A stretch of 57,807 bases of DNA from the NCBI GenBank assembly GCA_031365765.1, contig JANLYR010000303.1:1-57807 (forward strand), given 5' to 3'. Positions 23,791 through 35,025 of the stretch are shown piece by piece; the stretch's first letter is position 1; each line of letters starts with the position of its first letter. This DNA comes from Hyphomicrobiales bacterium. Lineage in GTDB: Bacteria > Pseudomonadota > Alphaproteobacteria > Rhizobiales > Aestuariivirgaceae. A model generated the notes under the pieces. It saw only the letters and a program-made list of their open reading frames with translations, did not search any database and was not told the DNA's origin. A program made the position numbers and the translations under genes.

Positions 23791-24702
23791 ATGCCGCACG
23801 AAAAGACGCTTCCGCCGGAGGTTATTGCGTCGGGCGAAGTTGGCAAGCCGGCATTCGTTATACTTGCCAATCCAGGCACTTTGTTCACCCGTCACGCGCG
23901 GCGGTTTATGGGCCTCGCCGTTGGCCATCAGCTTGAATCCTATCTGCTTTTTCTGAGCCGCCTGAGTGAGGCCCAACATGATTGCCAACTTGACTTGCCT
24001 GCACCCTTTCCCGCAGAGGTAGCGGATATGGAAAGGGCCTATGCCCATGGCATGCCGCCTATCGCGAAATTCGAACCCGATGACGCGTCGGACCAAATCC
24101 TTCTGGCGATTGTTAATCAGATGCGCGATGCCGCCATGCCCGATGCCGCACGAACGGCGCTGCTGTCAATCGGCGAATTGGACGGTAACGGGCGGGGGGC
24201 GATGATGCGGGCTGTCGTTGAGTCCGATGTATTACCGGAGAATGTCGGTGGTCACGTCTTCGCCGCCGCCGCCGTTCAGGTTCACTTCACGCGCCTTGCC
24301 GCGCAATTGGATGGATTGCGGTTGCGTGACGTCGCGCCGGGCGTTTGCCCTTGCTGTGGCGGCAATCCGGTTGCCAGTACCGTCATCGAACTGCCACAGG
24401 CCAGCGGCTACCGATATTGCTGCTGTTGGCAATGCGGGACGCTGTGGAACGTGCCCCGCATCCGGTGCACGGTATGTGGCGGAGAGAAGGGTATTTCCTA
24501 CCATCATATCAAAGGTATAGCCGACACGATCCAGGCCGAATCGTGCCAAAGCTGCAACTCCTATGTGAAGCTTTTTCATCAGGAAAAAGATGGCGCGATC
24601 GACCCTGTCGCCGATGATGTCGCCTCGCTCGGACTGGACCTGCTGATGCGCGAGGAAGGTTTCCACCGCGGCGGCGCCAACCCCTTCCTTATGGGCTATT
24701 GA
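23791..24702 (+). CDS. fdhE: formate dehydrogenase accessory protein FdhE
   Basis: CPCCG, CWQC, CTVC, CQSC; ADDVASLGLDLL..NPF. Confidence 0.92.
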   Translation: MPHEKTLPPEVIASGEVGKPAFVILANPGTLFTRHARRFMGLAVGHQLESYLLFLSRLSEAQHDCQLDLPAPFPAEVADMERAYAHGMPPIAKFEPDDASDQILLAIVNQMRDAAMPDAARTALLSIGELDGNGRGAMMRAVVESDVLPENVGGHVFAAAAVQVHFTRLAAQLDGLRLRDVAPGVCPCCGGNPVASTVIELPQASGYRYCCCWQCGTLWNVPRIRCTVCGGEKGISYHHIKGIADTIQAESCQSCNSYVKLFHQEKDGAIDPVADDVASLGLDLLMREEGFHRGGANPFLMGY

Positions 24703-24725
24703 TCCGACCCGGCAATTTCGATTGA

Positions 24726-26123
24726 ATGCCGGCAATGACCAGGATTGCAAGTCCGTTGCCTTCCGTGGACGAGGTTCTGTCGAGCCCCGCGGCGACCGCT
24801 GCGGTTGCGCTCTACGGGCGGACAGCGACGCGTGAGGCGGTACGCCGAACGCTTGATGAGGGACGGGCGGACATTTCAACCAGCAGCTTTACGCCGCTGA
24901 CGGCGGCCGCTGCCGCCGCCGCCAGCGCGGGACATCTGGCGGAGGCGGAGAAGCCCAGATTACGCAAGGTTTTCAACCTCTCCGGTACCATCCTCCACAC
25001 CAACCTCGGCCGCGCCATCCTGGCGGAACGGGCGGTGGAGGCGGTGACCACCGCGATGCGCCACCCGGTCAGCCTGGAGTTCGATGTCGAAGGGGGAGGC
25101 CGCGGCGAGCGTGACGACGCGGTCCGCGATCTTATCCGTCACCTCACCGGGGCCGAGGATGCCTGCGTCGTCAACAACAATGCAGCCGCCGTGCTACTGG
25201 TGCTGAACACGCTGTCGAGGGGCCGGGAGACGGTTGTTTCGAGGGGCGAACTCATTGAAATCGGTGGCTCTTTCCGTATGCCTGACATCATGGTTGGGGC
25301 TGGTACGAAGCTCGTCGAAGTCGGCACGACCAACCGCACCCATGCCAGAGATTACCAGCAGGCGATCGGGCCCAAGACCGGGATGATGCTCAAGGTTCAT
25401 ACGTCGAACTACGCGATCAAGGGCTTTACCAAGGCGGTTCCGGCCAAGGAACTTGCCCTTATTGCCAGGGCCGCGAACATCCCGTTCGTCGATGACCTGG
25501 GCTCCGGGACGTTGATAAACCTGGCTGAATACGGTTTGCGGTATGAGCGGACAGTGCAGGACGCACTGTCCGACGGGGCGGATCTCGTGACGTTTTCCGG
25601 CGACAAACTGCTGGGGGGCCCTCAGGCTGGCATCATTGCGGGGCGCACGGATCTGGTTCGGCGCTGCGCCAAGAATCCGCTTAAGCGCGCGTTAAGGCTA
25701 GACAAATTGCGCCTTGCGGCGCTTGAGGCAACACTCCAGTTATACCGCTATCCCGAGCGCCTCACCGCCGATCTGCCGGTTTTGGCTTATTTCACGCGGC
25801 CACTTGGCGACATCAGGCGTGCCGCTGAAAGACTTCTGGCGCCGCTGCGCGCGGTCCTTGCGGGTTTGACGGTCGATGCGATCTCGTGCGGAAGCCAGAT
25901 TGGATCGGGTGCGCTGCCTCTCGAAACCATTGATAGTGCTGGCATTTCCATTAGTTTTCCGACGCAGAAAGGCGGTGGCGGCAAGCTCAATGCGCTGGCC
26001 GCCGCGTTCCGCCGCCTGCCCATCCCGGTCATCGGCCATATCCATGATAACGCACTCATTTTCGATCTGCGCTGCCTTGACGACGAGGCTGGCTTTCTGG
26101 CGCAGCTTGGCGCTCTGCGATGA
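24726..26123 (+). CDS. selA: L-seryl-tRNA(Sec) selenium transferase
   Basis: LPSVD, NLSGTILHTNLGRA, VNNNAAAV, SRGELIEIGGSFR, FSGDKLLGGPQAG. Start may be 24735. Confidence 0.96.
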   Translation: MPAMTRIASPLPSVDEVLSSPAATAAVALYGRTATREAVRRTLDEGRADISTSSFTPLTAAAAAAASAGHLAEAEKPRLRKVFNLSGTILHTNLGRAILAERAVEAVTTAMRHPVSLEFDVEGGGRGERDDAVRDLIRHLTGAEDACVVNNNAAAVLLVLNTLSRGRETVVSRGELIEIGGSFRMPDIMVGAGTKLVEVGTTNRTHARDYQQAIGPKTGMMLKVHTSNYAIKGFTKAVPAKELALIARAANIPFVDDLGSGTLINLAEYGLRYERTVQDALSDGADLVTFSGDKLLGGPQAGIIAGRTDLVRRCAKNPLKRALRLDKLRLAALEATLQLYRYPERLTADLPVLAYFTRPLGDIRRAAERLLAPLRAVLAGLTVDAISCGSQIGSGALPLETIDSAGISISFPTQKGGGGKLNALAAAFRRLPIPVIGHIHDNALIFDLRCLDDEAGFLAQLGALR

Positions 26124-26884
26124 AGCCGTGGCTAACCCCCGCAGCCGACCCCGATCCCGTTGAAATCATGGGGAAAGCGGGCCTTGCGGCGGATTCCGGC
26201 GACTATGCCACCGCGATTTCGCTGTGGCTGCCGTTGGCGCATGCCGGTGTGGCGCGGGCCCAGAACAATATCGGCGCGTGCCTGCTCAACGGACTGGGGA
26301 CCGCGCGCGATTCAGCGACCGGAATCAAATGGTTGACCACCGCTGCCGGCAATGGCGACAGGATCGCGCAGCGAAATCTGGCGGCAGCCTATTTCAAGGG
26401 TGAAGGCGTGCCGCCAGATGAGCAGGAAGCCCAACGATACTATGGGCTTGCGGCGGAACAGGGGGATGGCGAGGCGCAGGACATGCTGTCCTGGATGCTG
26501 GCCGACGGCGACAATCCGGGGCTCGACTATGGCCTCTCCTTGACCTGGGCCAAGGCTGCCGCCGAACAGGGCGTCGCGGCTTCGATGACGCGCATTGGCA
26601 TGCTTTATCATAACGCCATGGGGGTTGAGCGCGACCCGGCCCAAGCAGCGGTGTGGTGGCGCAAGGCGGCCCGTCTCGGCGATGCCGACGCGCAGGCCAT
26701 GCTGGGGGCGGCGCTGCAACTGGGTGCTGGGGTAATCCGCGAGCCCATACAAGCCCTTAGCTGGCTTATCCGGGCAAAGGCAGGCGGCAATCTGCTGGCC
26801 TTCAACTACTACAATGGCGCCCTGGCATCGATGTCGCCGGAGGACGTAGCGGAGGCCGAGACCCTGGCCCGGGAACCGCTGTGA
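26120..26884 (+). CDS. Sel1-like repeat (TPR-type) protein
   Basis: [50 protein letters not shown]. Overlaps the selA stop and the selB start by 4 nt each. Confidence 0.88.
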   Translation: MKPWLTPAADPDPVEIMGKAGLAADSGDYATAISLWLPLAHAGVARAQNNIGACLLNGLGTARDSATGIKWLTTAAGNGDRIAQRNLAAAYFKGEGVPPDEQEAQRYYGLAAEQGDGEAQDMLSWMLADGDNPGLDYGLSLTWAKAAAEQGVAASMTRIGMLYHNAMGVERDPAQAAVWWRKAARLGDADAQAMLGAALQLGAGVIREPIQALSWLIRAKAGGNLLAFNYYNGALASMSPEDVAEAETLAREPL

Positions 26885-28785
26885 TCGTCGGGACGGCAGG
26901 CCATATCGACCACGGAAAGTCCAGTCTTGTCCGTGCCTTGACGGGCACCGACCCGGACCGGCTGAAAGAAGAGAAAGAGCGCGGCATCACCATCGACCTG
27001 GGCTATGCCTACTGGCCCCGGCCGGATGGCGATGTCATTGGTTTCGTTGATGTTCCTGGACACGAGGCGCTGATCCACAACATGCTGGCGGGGGCCACGG
27101 GCATCGACTTCGTGCTGCTCGTGGTGGCCGCCGATGACGGCGTCATGCCGCAGACCCGCGAGCATGTGGCGATCCTCGACCTCCTGGGTCACAGGCGCGG
27201 CCTGGTCGCAATGACCAAGGCAGACCTCGCGGATGGGCGACAAAAGGGCGAGGTTTTGGAGCAAATAGCCGCACTTTTGGAGGCGACGGGACTGGCTGGC
27301 TCTGCCGTGGTGCCGGTGTCGGTCGAGACCGGCGAAGGGCTTGCCGCCCTGGCCCAGGTCCTCGACGAGGCGCGGACGGGTCATCCGGTTTCTGGAACTG
27401 CCCGGCGATTTCGACTCGATATAGATCGTTCGTTCAATCTGCCGGGGGCTGGAACGGTCGTGACCGGGATGGTGGTTTCGGGATCCGCCCGCGTGGGCGA
27501 CCAGCTGCTGATTTCGCCCTCCGGGATCGAGGCCCGCGTGCGCTCCCTTCACGCGCAGAACAGGGAGCGGGCCGAGGGGCGGGCGGGAGAGCGCTGCGCG
27601 CTGGCGCTGGCCGGACCGGCGATCTCCAAGGCCGCGATCACGCGCGGACAGGCGCTGGTCGATCCCCTTCTCCATGCGCCCAGCGCGCGCATCGATGTGT
27701 CAATCCGCGTGCTGGCATCCGAGCGCAAGGCGCTGAGCCAGTGGCAGCCTCTGCGCTTTCACCACGGCGCGGCCGAGACGGGCGCGCATGTGGTGGCATT
27801 GGGCGATCCCTTGTCGCCCGGCCGCTCCGGCCTGGCGCAACTCGTGCTTGACGAACCCATCGCCGCCATGGCCGGGGACCGCTTCATCCTCCGCGACTGG
27901 TCGGCGACGCGAACGCTGGGCGGCGGCACCATCCACGATCTCAGGCCACCGGAGCGCAAGCGCCGCACGCCCGAACGCATCGCCGAACTCGAAGCCCTCG
28001 CGGCACCCGATGCCGGCGTCGCACTTGCGGGATTCCTGAACGGGCAGCGCGGCTGGATCGAACTTGCGGCATTCCTGCGCGATCGGGGACTCACGGCGGA
28101 AGCGGGAAATGCCATCACCGCCGATCTCGGCCTTGTCACGCTGGGACCGGCGGCCATGCTGCCGGAGCGCTGGGACGACTATCGACAGAGGCTGCTGGCG
28201 TTCCTCGATGCGTTCCATCTGAGCCAACCGGACCTTGCCGGAGTGGGTATCGAGCGCATGCGTCTGGGCGTGACACCCCGCCTGCCCGCTCCGGTGTTTG
28301 CGAAGGTTCTTGCAAGGCTGGCGTCAGAAAACGATGTGGCGCTTGACCGCGCCCGGGTGCGGCGGCCGGCCCATGCGGTCAAGCTGTCGGATGAAGAAGA
28401 GCGGCTGTGGGCCGCAGTCCGGCCCAGGCTCAACGGGCAACACCGCTTCAACCCTCCCCGCGTCCGCGACATCGGGCGCGACACCGGCATGAACGAGACG
28501 GCGCTGCGGCGGCTGTTCAAACTGGTGGCGCGGCGCGGCGAAACCGACGAGATCGCGCCGGACCATTTTTTTCTCGGAGCGGCGATCGCGGAACTGGCGG
28601 GCGCGGCGCGCGACCTGGCGCGATCGTCCGAACACGGACAATTCAATGTCATCGCGTTTCGCGACCGGATCGGCGGAGGACGGAAGGTGGCGATCCACAT
28701 TCTCGAATATTTCGACCGGCAGGGCTTCACCATGCGGCGCGGCGACTGGCGGCGCATCAATCCGCACAAGGAAAACCTGCTATGA
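26881..28785 (+). CDS. selB: selenocysteine-specific elongation factor
   Basis: [33 protein letters not shown]; C-terminal winged helix [21 protein letters not shown]. Confidence 0.96.
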   Translation: MIVGTAGHIDHGKSSLVRALTGTDPDRLKEEKERGITIDLGYAYWPRPDGDVIGFVDVPGHEALIHNMLAGATGIDFVLLVVAADDGVMPQTREHVAILDLLGHRRGLVAMTKADLADGRQKGEVLEQIAALLEATGLAGSAVVPVSVETGEGLAALAQVLDEARTGHPVSGTARRFRLDIDRSFNLPGAGTVVTGMVVSGSARVGDQLLISPSGIEARVRSLHAQNRERAEGRAGERCALALAGPAISKAAITRGQALVDPLLHAPSARIDVSIRVLASERKALSQWQPLRFHHGAAETGAHVVALGDPLSPGRSGLAQLVLDEPIAAMAGDRFILRDWSATRTLGGGTIHDLRPPERKRRTPERIAELEALAAPDAGVALAGFLNGQRGWIELAAFLRDRGLTAEAGNAITADLGLVTLGPAAMLPERWDDYRQRLLAFLDAFHLSQPDLAGVGIERMRLGVTPRLPAPVFAKVLARLASENDVALDRARVRRPAHAVKLSDEEERLWAAVRPRLNGQHRFNPPRVRDIGRDTGMNETALRRLFKLVARRGETDEIAPDHFFLGAAIAELAGAARDLARSSEHGQFNVIAFRDRIGGGRKVAIHILEYFDRQGFTMRRGDWRRINPHKENLL

Positions 28786-28799
28786 CGGACTTATACAAT

Positions 28800-28895
28800 G
28801 GAAGAGATACGTTCCCGGTGGGGCGTCCGGACTTCAAATCCGGGTGGGGCCGCGAGACGGTTCCAAGTGGGTTCGACTCCCACTCTCTTCCGCCA
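28800..28895 (+). tRNA. selC: tRNA-Sec (anticodon TCA)
   Basis: 8-bp acceptor stem GGAAGAGA/TCTCTTCC followed by GCCA; anticodon loop CTTCAAA (TCA 28834-28836); long variable arm; GTTCGACTC T-loop; 96 nt; follows selB. Confidence 0.96.
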
Positions 28896-28907
28896 TACTC
28901 CCTAAAA

Positions 28908-28982
28908 TGTCTTTCCCGCGATGACGGGAATCCCGCTATCTACATGCGAATAAGCAGGGGCCCCGCCTTCGCGGGGGTGACG
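28908..28982. repeat. CGTC-type REP doublet, copy 1
   Basis: TGTCTTTCCCGCGATGACGGGAATCC..GGCCCCGCCTTCGCGGGGGTGACG; 75 nt, same length and layout as 35026-35100. Confidence 0.8.
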
Positions 28983-29017
28983 GTTCCGGCGAGGCCGGAT
29001 TTCATGGAGATGCTCAG

Positions 29018-29476
29018 TTGACGGATGATCTGGCGGCGCTGGCCAAACCTTTCGAGCGGGCGGCGGAGGATGCGCACCGGGCCGAGGCCGGGTATGCGAA
29101 GCAGTTCGAGGCTGAACTCGCCACGCGCAAACGGGCGCGCGAATTCGCTTTCCGCCGATTGGGTCTGATGCGCGAGCTGCTCAAGTCAGCCGGAGGCGAC
29201 GACCACGGCGCGGCCATCGCGGCGCAGGTCTCGTGCCTGAAGACTGAACTCGGCTGGCACGACCTTGCGCCGCTCAAGGAAAAAACCCTCGACGAATTCA
29301 GAAAGCTCGCGGCGGTCATTCACGCCTGTACCGGCCTGAGCGAAGGAAAGAAGAAACCTCCCGACATCGCCAAGGCTTTTGCCGCTTTCGAAGCCTGGTA
29401 CGAGGCCGAAACCGGCGCGCCGTTCCTGGCGCTGCTCGATCACGAGTTACCGGAGATGCCGCTTGTCGACTTCTGA
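29018..29476 (+). CDS. hypothetical helical protein (152 aa)
   Basis: TTG start after GGAGA; high GC3 codon pattern; ends EMPLVDF; no family recognised. Confidence 0.75.
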   Translation: MTDDLAALAKPFERAAEDAHRAEAGYAKQFEAELATRKRAREFAFRRLGLMRELLKSAGGDDHGAAIAAQVSCLKTELGWHDLAPLKEKTLDEFRKLAAVIHACTGLSEGKKKPPDIAKAFAAFEAWYEAETGAPFLALLDHELPEMPLVDF

Positions 29477-29867
29477 CGTTCTCGATTTCGACGGCTGGCT
29501 GCAAGTTTTCTATCGCCAGACGGGCGGGTTCACGGCGCTGATCGTGCTCGTGGGGATCGGGGGGGAGCGTGTTGCGGCGGTGTCGTCCACCTATGTTCAT
29601 CTGATCGGCGACGACCTGCGATGGACGGAATTTGCCGCGCTGATGACCAAGTCGGGCAGGCCGTGGGACGGCGTGGTGCTGTTTCCCGAAACCACGGACG
29701 GCCATGGCCCCATTCCCGACATGCTGGCGCGCATCCGGCTTCGCGATGTCGAGGCACGGATCGCGGAGGATCCCATCCACATCAATGACGGGCATTTCTT
29801 CGACCGGTGGGGCCGCCGCATGAAGATCGAGGAAACGGTTCCGGCCAGCCTCGCCACGCGGCAATGA
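29463..29867 (+). CDS. hypothetical protein (about 134 aa)
   Basis: Probable TTG at 29463 with GGAG at 29452-29455; overlaps the upstream gene; its stop overlaps the selD ATG (ATGA). Confidence 0.72.
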   Translation: MSTSDVLDFDGWLQVFYRQTGGFTALIVLVGIGGERVAAVSSTYVHLIGDDLRWTEFAALMTKSGRPWDGVVLFPETTDGHGPIPDMLARIRLRDVEARIAEDPIHINDGHFFDRWGRRMKIEETVPASLATRQ

Positions 29868-32005
29868 AAGGAGCCGGGGTTGCCGCGCGGCTCGATCTGG
29901 TTCTGATCGGCGGCGGCCATGCGCATGTGGCGGTGCTGCGGTCGCTGGGCATGGCGCCCGAACCGGGCTTGCGGGTGACGCTGGTGGCGCGCGAGTTGGA
30001 AGCGCCCTATTCCGGCATGCTGCCGGGCTTGATCGCCGGGCACTATGGTCATGACGATTGCCACATCAATCTGGTGCGGCTGGCGCGCTTCGCCAAAGCG
30101 CGGCTGGTGCATGGCACGGCCACCGGCATCGACCGCGTGGCGCGCCGCGTGACGATCGAGGGACGGCCGCCGCTAACGTTCGATCTCGTCTCGATCGACA
30201 CCGGCATCACGCCCGATCTGGCTTCGATCACGGGCGCGGCGGCGTTCGGTGTCGCGGTCAAGCCGATCTCAGGTCTCGAAGCGAAGCTGGCGCGGATCGA
30301 TGCCAGCATGGTGGAGGGCGCGCGGCGGATCGTGGTCATTGGCGCGGGTGCGGGTGGATTTGAACTGGCGCACGCGTTCCGCCATCGTTACCGGGACAGA
30401 CGGCAACAGACAAGCGTGACGCTGGTGGGCGGACTGCTGCCCGCGGTGAATGACAGAGCGCGGACGCTGGCGCGCGAATCGCTCGAGGCATCGGGGATCG
30501 AGATGATCGAGGATGCAACCGCTGTCGAAATCGCGAAGGACCATGTGAGGCTTGCCGGTGGCCGGATCATCGCCGCCGATGTGGCGCTGGTGACGACCGG
30601 TGCCGTGCCGTCGCGCTGGCTGCGGGATTCGGGACTGCCGCTCGATCCGGGGGGATTTGTCGCGGTGCGACCGACGCTGCAGGTCGTGGGCGACGATAAT
30701 ATTTTCGCCGCCGGAGATTGCGCCGGCGTCATTGGACATCCGCGCCAGAAGTCCGGCGTGTTCGCGGTCAGGCAGGGTCCAGTGCTGGCTGACAATCTCA
30801 GGCGGCGGGCCCTGGGACTGCAGGCGCTGCCGTTCACGCCGCAGCGGCGCACCCTGATGCTGCTGTCGACGGGTGCGAAACATGCGATTGCGGCGCGGGG
30901 CGATCTGGCGCTGCACGGGCAGTGGGTTTGGCAGTGGAAGGACTGGATCGACCGGCGCTTCGTGCGCAAGTTCAATGCGCTGCCGGCGATGAGCGCGGGT
31001 AGTGCCGATCAAATGCGCTGCGGCGGCTGTGCGGCGAAGGTCGGTCCTGTCACGCTGGCGCGCGCACTGGAGCGGCTCGATCCGGGGCAGGCCACGCGCG
31101 ACGACGCGGCGGTGGCCGAAAGCGGGGGCGAACGCCTGCGGCTTGAGACCATCGATTTTTTCCGCGCCTTCTGGCCTGAGCCTTATGTGTTCGGCGAGAT
31201 CGCCGCCCAACATGCACTGAACGATATCTATGCGATGGGGGGAACGCCCGCCCGCGCGCTTGCCGTGGCGGTCATTCCGCAGGCGCGGCCGCGGCTTGTC
31301 GAGGACGATCTGTTCCAGCTTCTGGCGGGGGCGCGCGCGGTGTTCGATGCGGCGGGCGTCACGCTGGCGGGGGGACATTCGAGCGAGGGGGCGGAACTGG
31401 CCGCCGGGTTTTCGATTTCGGGCACGGTTGCGCCAGACCAGATCCGCCGCAAGGGCGGATTGCGCGAGGGCGATGCGCTGATCCTGACGCGGCCGCTGGG
31501 GACCGGATTGCTGTTTGCCGCCGAGATGCGGGGGCTGGCGCAGGCTTCGGCGATTGCCGTTGCGCTGGCGACGATGCGGCAATCCAATCGCGCGGTAGCG
31601 CACATCCTGATGGCGCACGGTGCCAGTGCGATGACCGATGTCACGGGTTTCGGTCTGCTGGGGCATCTGATCGAAATGCTGGAGCAGGCGCTACTGCGGG
31701 CCGTGGTCAGGAGCGGCGCCGTTCCCGCCTATCCCCAGGCGCGCGAACTTGCGGCGGCCGGCGTGGCTTCGAGCCTGCTGCCGGAGAATTCAAGCCTGGC
31801 TTCACGGATCGAGACGGCGCTGACAAGCGAGGTGATGGCGCTGCTGTTCGATCCGCAGACGGCGGGGGGATTGCTCGCGGGCGTTCCATGGGTGCGGGCT
31901 GAAGGCTGCATCGCGGCACTGCGCGCGGTCGCACCCGAGGCAGCGATCATCGGAAAGGTGGCGGGTGTTGCCGAAGACGACATGCTGGTGCGCGTCGACC
32001 CCTAG
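29864..32005 (+). CDS. selD: selenophosphate synthetase fused to an N-terminal FAD/pyridine-nucleotide oxidoreductase domain
   Basis: N-half [41 protein letters not shown]; C-half [44 protein letters not shown]. Confidence 0.93.
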   Translation: MKGAGVAARLDLVLIGGGHAHVAVLRSLGMAPEPGLRVTLVARELEAPYSGMLPGLIAGHYGHDDCHINLVRLARFAKARLVHGTATGIDRVARRVTIEGRPPLTFDLVSIDTGITPDLASITGAAAFGVAVKPISGLEAKLARIDASMVEGARRIVVIGAGAGGFELAHAFRHRYRDRRQQTSVTLVGGLLPAVNDRARTLARESLEASGIEMIEDATAVEIAKDHVRLAGGRIIAADVALVTTGAVPSRWLRDSGLPLDPGGFVAVRPTLQVVGDDNIFAAGDCAGVIGHPRQKSGVFAVRQGPVLADNLRRRALGLQALPFTPQRRTLMLLSTGAKHAIAARGDLALHGQWVWQWKDWIDRRFVRKFNALPAMSAGSADQMRCGGCAAKVGPVTLARALERLDPGQATRDDAAVAESGGERLRLETIDFFRAFWPEPYVFGEIAAQHALNDIYAMGGTPARALAVAVIPQARPRLVEDDLFQLLAGARAVFDAAGVTLAGGHSSEGAELAAGFSISGTVAPDQIRRKGGLREGDALILTRPLGTGLLFAAEMRGLAQASAIAVALATMRQSNRAVAHILMAHGASAMTDVTGFGLLGHLIEMLEQALLRAVVRSGAVPAYPQARELAAAGVASSLLPENSSLASRIETALTSEVMALLFDPQTAGGLLAGVPWVRAEGCIAALRAVAPEAAIIGKVAGVAEDDMLVRVDP

Positions 32006-33087
32006 CCGTCGAAGCGGCGGTAGCGGAAGGCTGGCGGTTCGGCCTCGGCGGATTGTCCGGCAATGGCGCGCATCCGGCTGTTGAAATCCGAGAGCGAGCA
32101 GGCGGGATCGGTGTTGGCGGCATTGCCGGTGAGCGCCATGGCCTGACAGCGGCAGCCGCCCCAGTCGGTGTCCTTGCGCTCGCAGGAGCGGCAGGGCTCC
32201 ATCATCCAATCGGTGCCGCGATAGGCGTTGAAGCTTTGCGCGTTGAGCCAGATGTCGGCTAACGCGCGCTCGCGCACATTGTCGAAGACGAGGCCCGGGA
32301 TGGTTTCGGCGGCGTGGCAGGGAAGCACCTTTCCGGAGGGCGTGACATTGATGACGCGGCGGCCCCATCCGCCGACACAGGCCTTGGGAAAGCGCGCGTA
32401 ATAATCGGGCACCACCGCGTCGATGACGATGATGCCGTCATAGCGCCGGCGCAGGTCCTCGAGAAGCTTGACGGCGGCGAGCGCCTGCGCATGGGTGGGC
32501 ATCAGCGCGGCGCGATTGGCCAGGGCCCAGCCGTAATATTGCGTATGCGCGATTTCGATGCGCTGCGCGCCGAGCTTGACCGCGAACGCAACGAGCTTCT
32601 CGGTGCTGTCGATATTCTGGCGGTGGATGACGGCATTGACGGTCAGCGGCAGGCCGAGCGCCACGACTTCGGCCGCGAGTTTGATTTTCTTCTCGTGGCC
32701 GCCCCGGTAGCCGCCGATCCGGTCGGCATTGGCGGCATCGACATCCTGAAAGGAAAGCTGCACATGATCGAGCCCCGCGTCGTAGAGCGCGCGCAGGCTG
32801 TTGTCGCGGAGCAGGACGCCCGAGGTGATGAGATTGGTATAGAGATTTTGCGACGCGCAGTGCGCGATGATGTCACAAAGATCGGGGCGCGCCGTGGGTT
32901 CGCCGCCGGAGAGATGCACCTGCAATACGCCGAGGGCCGCCGCTTCGCTCAGCACGCGCTTCCAGGTTTCCGTATCGAGCTCGCCGGTCTTGCGGTCGAG
33001 TTCGACCGGGTTCGAGCAATAGGGGCATTGCAGCGGGCAGCGATGGGTGAGCTCGGCCAGGAGCCCCAATGGCGCCGGGACGGTCAC
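32002..33087 (-). CDS. pqqE: PQQ biosynthesis radical SAM protein
   Basis: [19 protein letters not shown]; SPASM region [27 protein letters not shown] start at 33087 overlaps the pqqD stop. Confidence 0.96.
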   Translation of the reverse strand: MTVPAPLGLLAELTHRCPLQCPYCSNPVELDRKTGELDTETWKRVLSEAAALGVLQVHLSGGEPTARPDLCDIIAHCASQNLYTNLITSGVLLRDNSLRALYDAGLDHVQLSFQDVDAANADRIGGYRGGHEKKIKLAAEVVALGLPLTVNAVIHRQNIDSTEKLVAFAVKLGAQRIEIAHTQYYGWALANRAALMPTHAQALAAVKLLEDLRRRYDGIIVIDAVVPDYYARFPKACVGGWGRRVINVTPSGKVLPCHAAETIPGLVFDNVRERALADIWLNAQSFNAYRGTDWMMEPCRSCERKDTDWGGCRCQAMALTGNAANTDPACSLSDFNSRMRAIAGQSAEAEPPAFRYRRFDG

Positions 33088-33359
33088 AGCCTGATAAAAT
33101 GCCGGGCGGCGAGATCGCCCAGCATCTCTTTCACGTCGGTCATGATCTCGGCCGTATCGGCATTGTAGGTGCGCGCCAGATCGCCGCTGATCGCCGCCAC
33201 ATCGCGCAAGCCATCGCAGCGCACGAGAATGGCCTGGGCGATGTCGTCCAATTCGAGAATGCGCTCGGGCGCCAGCAGCACCCAGCGATCTCGCACTTTG
33301 TCCTGTGTCAGGCGGACGCCGCGCGGGATGACCGGCACCGCCGTGTCGGCCACCGTCAT
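33084..33359 (-). CDS. pqqD: PqqA-binding chaperone
   Basis: [25 protein letters not shown]; lies between pqqC and pqqE with overlapping start and stop. Confidence 0.93.
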   Translation of the reverse strand: MTVADTAVPVIPRGVRLTQDKVRDRWVLLAPERILELDDIAQAILVRCDGLRDVAAISGDLARTYNADTAEIMTDVKEMLGDLAARHFIRL

Positions 33360-34084
33360 TTGGGCACGAAGGCGCCAGGAGGCGCCAGTCCCGGTAACAC
33401 ATAGGCGAAATGCAGCGCATCCAGCATGGCCCACAGCATATCACATTTGAAGGTGAGCGCGGCAATCGCCGCCTGCTGCCGATCGTGCGTAACGGCGTGG
33501 CGCTTCACATAGCCGAGTGCGAAATTCGCATCGCGCGGCGCCTGGGCCAGGCGCTTGTCGAAGTAGCCCAGGATTTCGGGGGTGATGTAATCATAGTTCC
33601 GCAGCATGCCGGCGACACGGACAGCGATGGTCGAGGGCGAGAACATTTCGGTGAGCGAGGAGGCGATGGCTTCGAGCAGCGTTTTGTCGCGCGCGAAATG
33701 AACATAGGCCTCGACGGCAAAGCGGGTGGCGGGAAGAATTCCGTCAAGCGAGGCGACATACTGGCGATCAAGTCCCAGGCCCTCCGCCAGCGCGAACCAG
33801 CGCTCGATGCCGCCGTCACGGTCGCTGTCGCCATCATGGTCGATGATGCGCTGGCGCCAGGCGCGCCTGAGCGCGGGTTCATCCATGCGCGACAGGATCA
33901 CCGCGTCCTTCACCGGAATGATCGCCTGATAATAATAGCGGTTGAGCGCCCAGGCCTGGAGCTGGCCCCGGGTCAGCTTCCCGTCATTCATCAGAACGTG
34001 AAACGGATGCTTGTTGTGATAGCGCTCGGCGCCAACCGCCATGAGCCGGGCTTCGAGAGCATCGGGCGACAGGAGGGCCGTCAC
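33356..34084 (-). CDS. pqqC: PQQ synthase
   Basis: [45 protein letters not shown]. Confidence 0.96.
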   Translation of the reverse strand: MTALLSPDALEARLMAVGAERYHNKHPFHVLMNDGKLTRGQLQAWALNRYYYQAIIPVKDAVILSRMDEPALRRAWRQRIIDHDGDSDRDGGIERWFALAEGLGLDRQYVASLDGILPATRFAVEAYVHFARDKTLLEAIASSLTEMFSPSTIAVRVAGMLRNYDYITPEILGYFDKRLAQAPRDANFALGYVKRHAVTHDRQQAAIAALTFKCDMLWAMLDALHFAYVLPGLAPPGAFVPK

Positions 34085-34980
34085 AGGTTGATTTCCATGC
34101 CGTCATGGGCGACCTCGGCGCCCGCGTCCAAAACGGCGCGGTGCTGCGGCGAATTTTCGATGAGCAGGGGATTGGTGTTGTTCATGTGGGTGTAGACAAG
34201 CCGCCCGATGCCGAGCGTGCGCAGGGCGGCGAGCGATCCATCGGCTCCACTCACCGGCATGTGGCCCATGCGGCGGCCGGTTTTCGTCCCCGTTCCGGAT
34301 TTCAGCATCTCATCGTCGGTCCACAGCGTTCCATCGAAGAACACCAGCGCGGCACTGGATAGCCGATCGGTGGTTTCGGCATCGAGACTGGCGCAGCCCG
34401 GAATGTAGTGGAACTTCGCGGCACCCGACCTCACCGTGACACCCACCGTGTTGCCGGACCTGAGATCGGTGACGGGCGCATCGCCTTCGAGATAGAGTGG
34501 GAGCTTGCCCGGCACCATGAACAGTTCGACTTCGATGTTGCCTTCGAGTGTGTGCCTCGGGCCGATGTCGAGGGTGCAGCGCTTGACCGTGCGCTCGGGC
34601 AGGACATTGAACACCGTGTTCTGTTTCAGGACGTGCTGGGTGTCGCCCGTCGCGTGAATGGTGAAGCCGTGGCCCTCGCGCAGGGAGAGCAACCCCCCGA
34701 CATGATCGATATCGGCATTGGTCAGGACCACGTCGCGGATCGGACTGCCGCGGGCTTGCGTTCCGGGCTGCAGCGCGGGGGTTCGGCCGATCTGTTCGCG
34801 GATGTCGGGGGAACAGTTGAGAAGGCACCAATGGCTCCCATCGCCGGAGACCGCAAGGCTGGCCTGGGTGCGGCGCCTGACGCGCGCATCGCCGGACCAG
34901 GCGAGAGCACAAACCCGGCAGCGGCAGTTCCATTGCGGCGAACCGCCACCCGCCGCCGATCCAAGCACGATGATCTTCAC
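34081..34980 (-). CDS. pqqB: PQQ biosynthesis protein PqqB
   Basis: LGSAAGGGSPQWNCRC..C, RTQAS, TNADIDH, FDGTLW, MGHMP, HMNNTNP. Confidence 0.96.
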   Translation of the reverse strand: MKIIVLGSAAGGGSPQWNCRCRVCALAWSGDARVRRRTQASLAVSGDGSHWCLLNCSPDIREQIGRTPALQPGTQARGSPIRDVVLTNADIDHVGGLLSLREGHGFTIHATGDTQHVLKQNTVFNVLPERTVKRCTLDIGPRHTLEGNIEVELFMVPGKLPLYLEGDAPVTDLRSGNTVGVTVRSGAAKFHYIPGCASLDAETTDRLSSAALVFFDGTLWTDDEMLKSGTGTKTGRRMGHMPVSGADGSLAALRTLGIGRLVYTHMNNTNPLLIENSPQHRAVLDAGAEVAHDGMEINL

Positions 34981-35025
34981 GGGTTAGAGCAAGGGACTGA
35001 CAATTGGAACCACCCTGCTCAATTT

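Noticed and set aside
28800-29017. tRNA-Sec as an island integration site
   Set aside because: No integrase and no duplicated tRNA 3' end seen; downstream genes continue the sel cluster.
29474-31040. Further selenoproteins (TGA stops of the hypothetical genes; Sec in SelD)
   Set aside because: SelD has Cys codons; the TGA stops overlap downstream starts and I saw no SECIS-like hairpin at the right spacing.
32002-33465. 487-aa PqqE suggesting a PqqD-PqqE fusion (also over-extended ORFs at 44428, 50026 and 54206)
   Set aside because: The extensions overlap upstream genes in other frames; better starts lie at stop/start junctions (33087, 45175, 49651, 54608).
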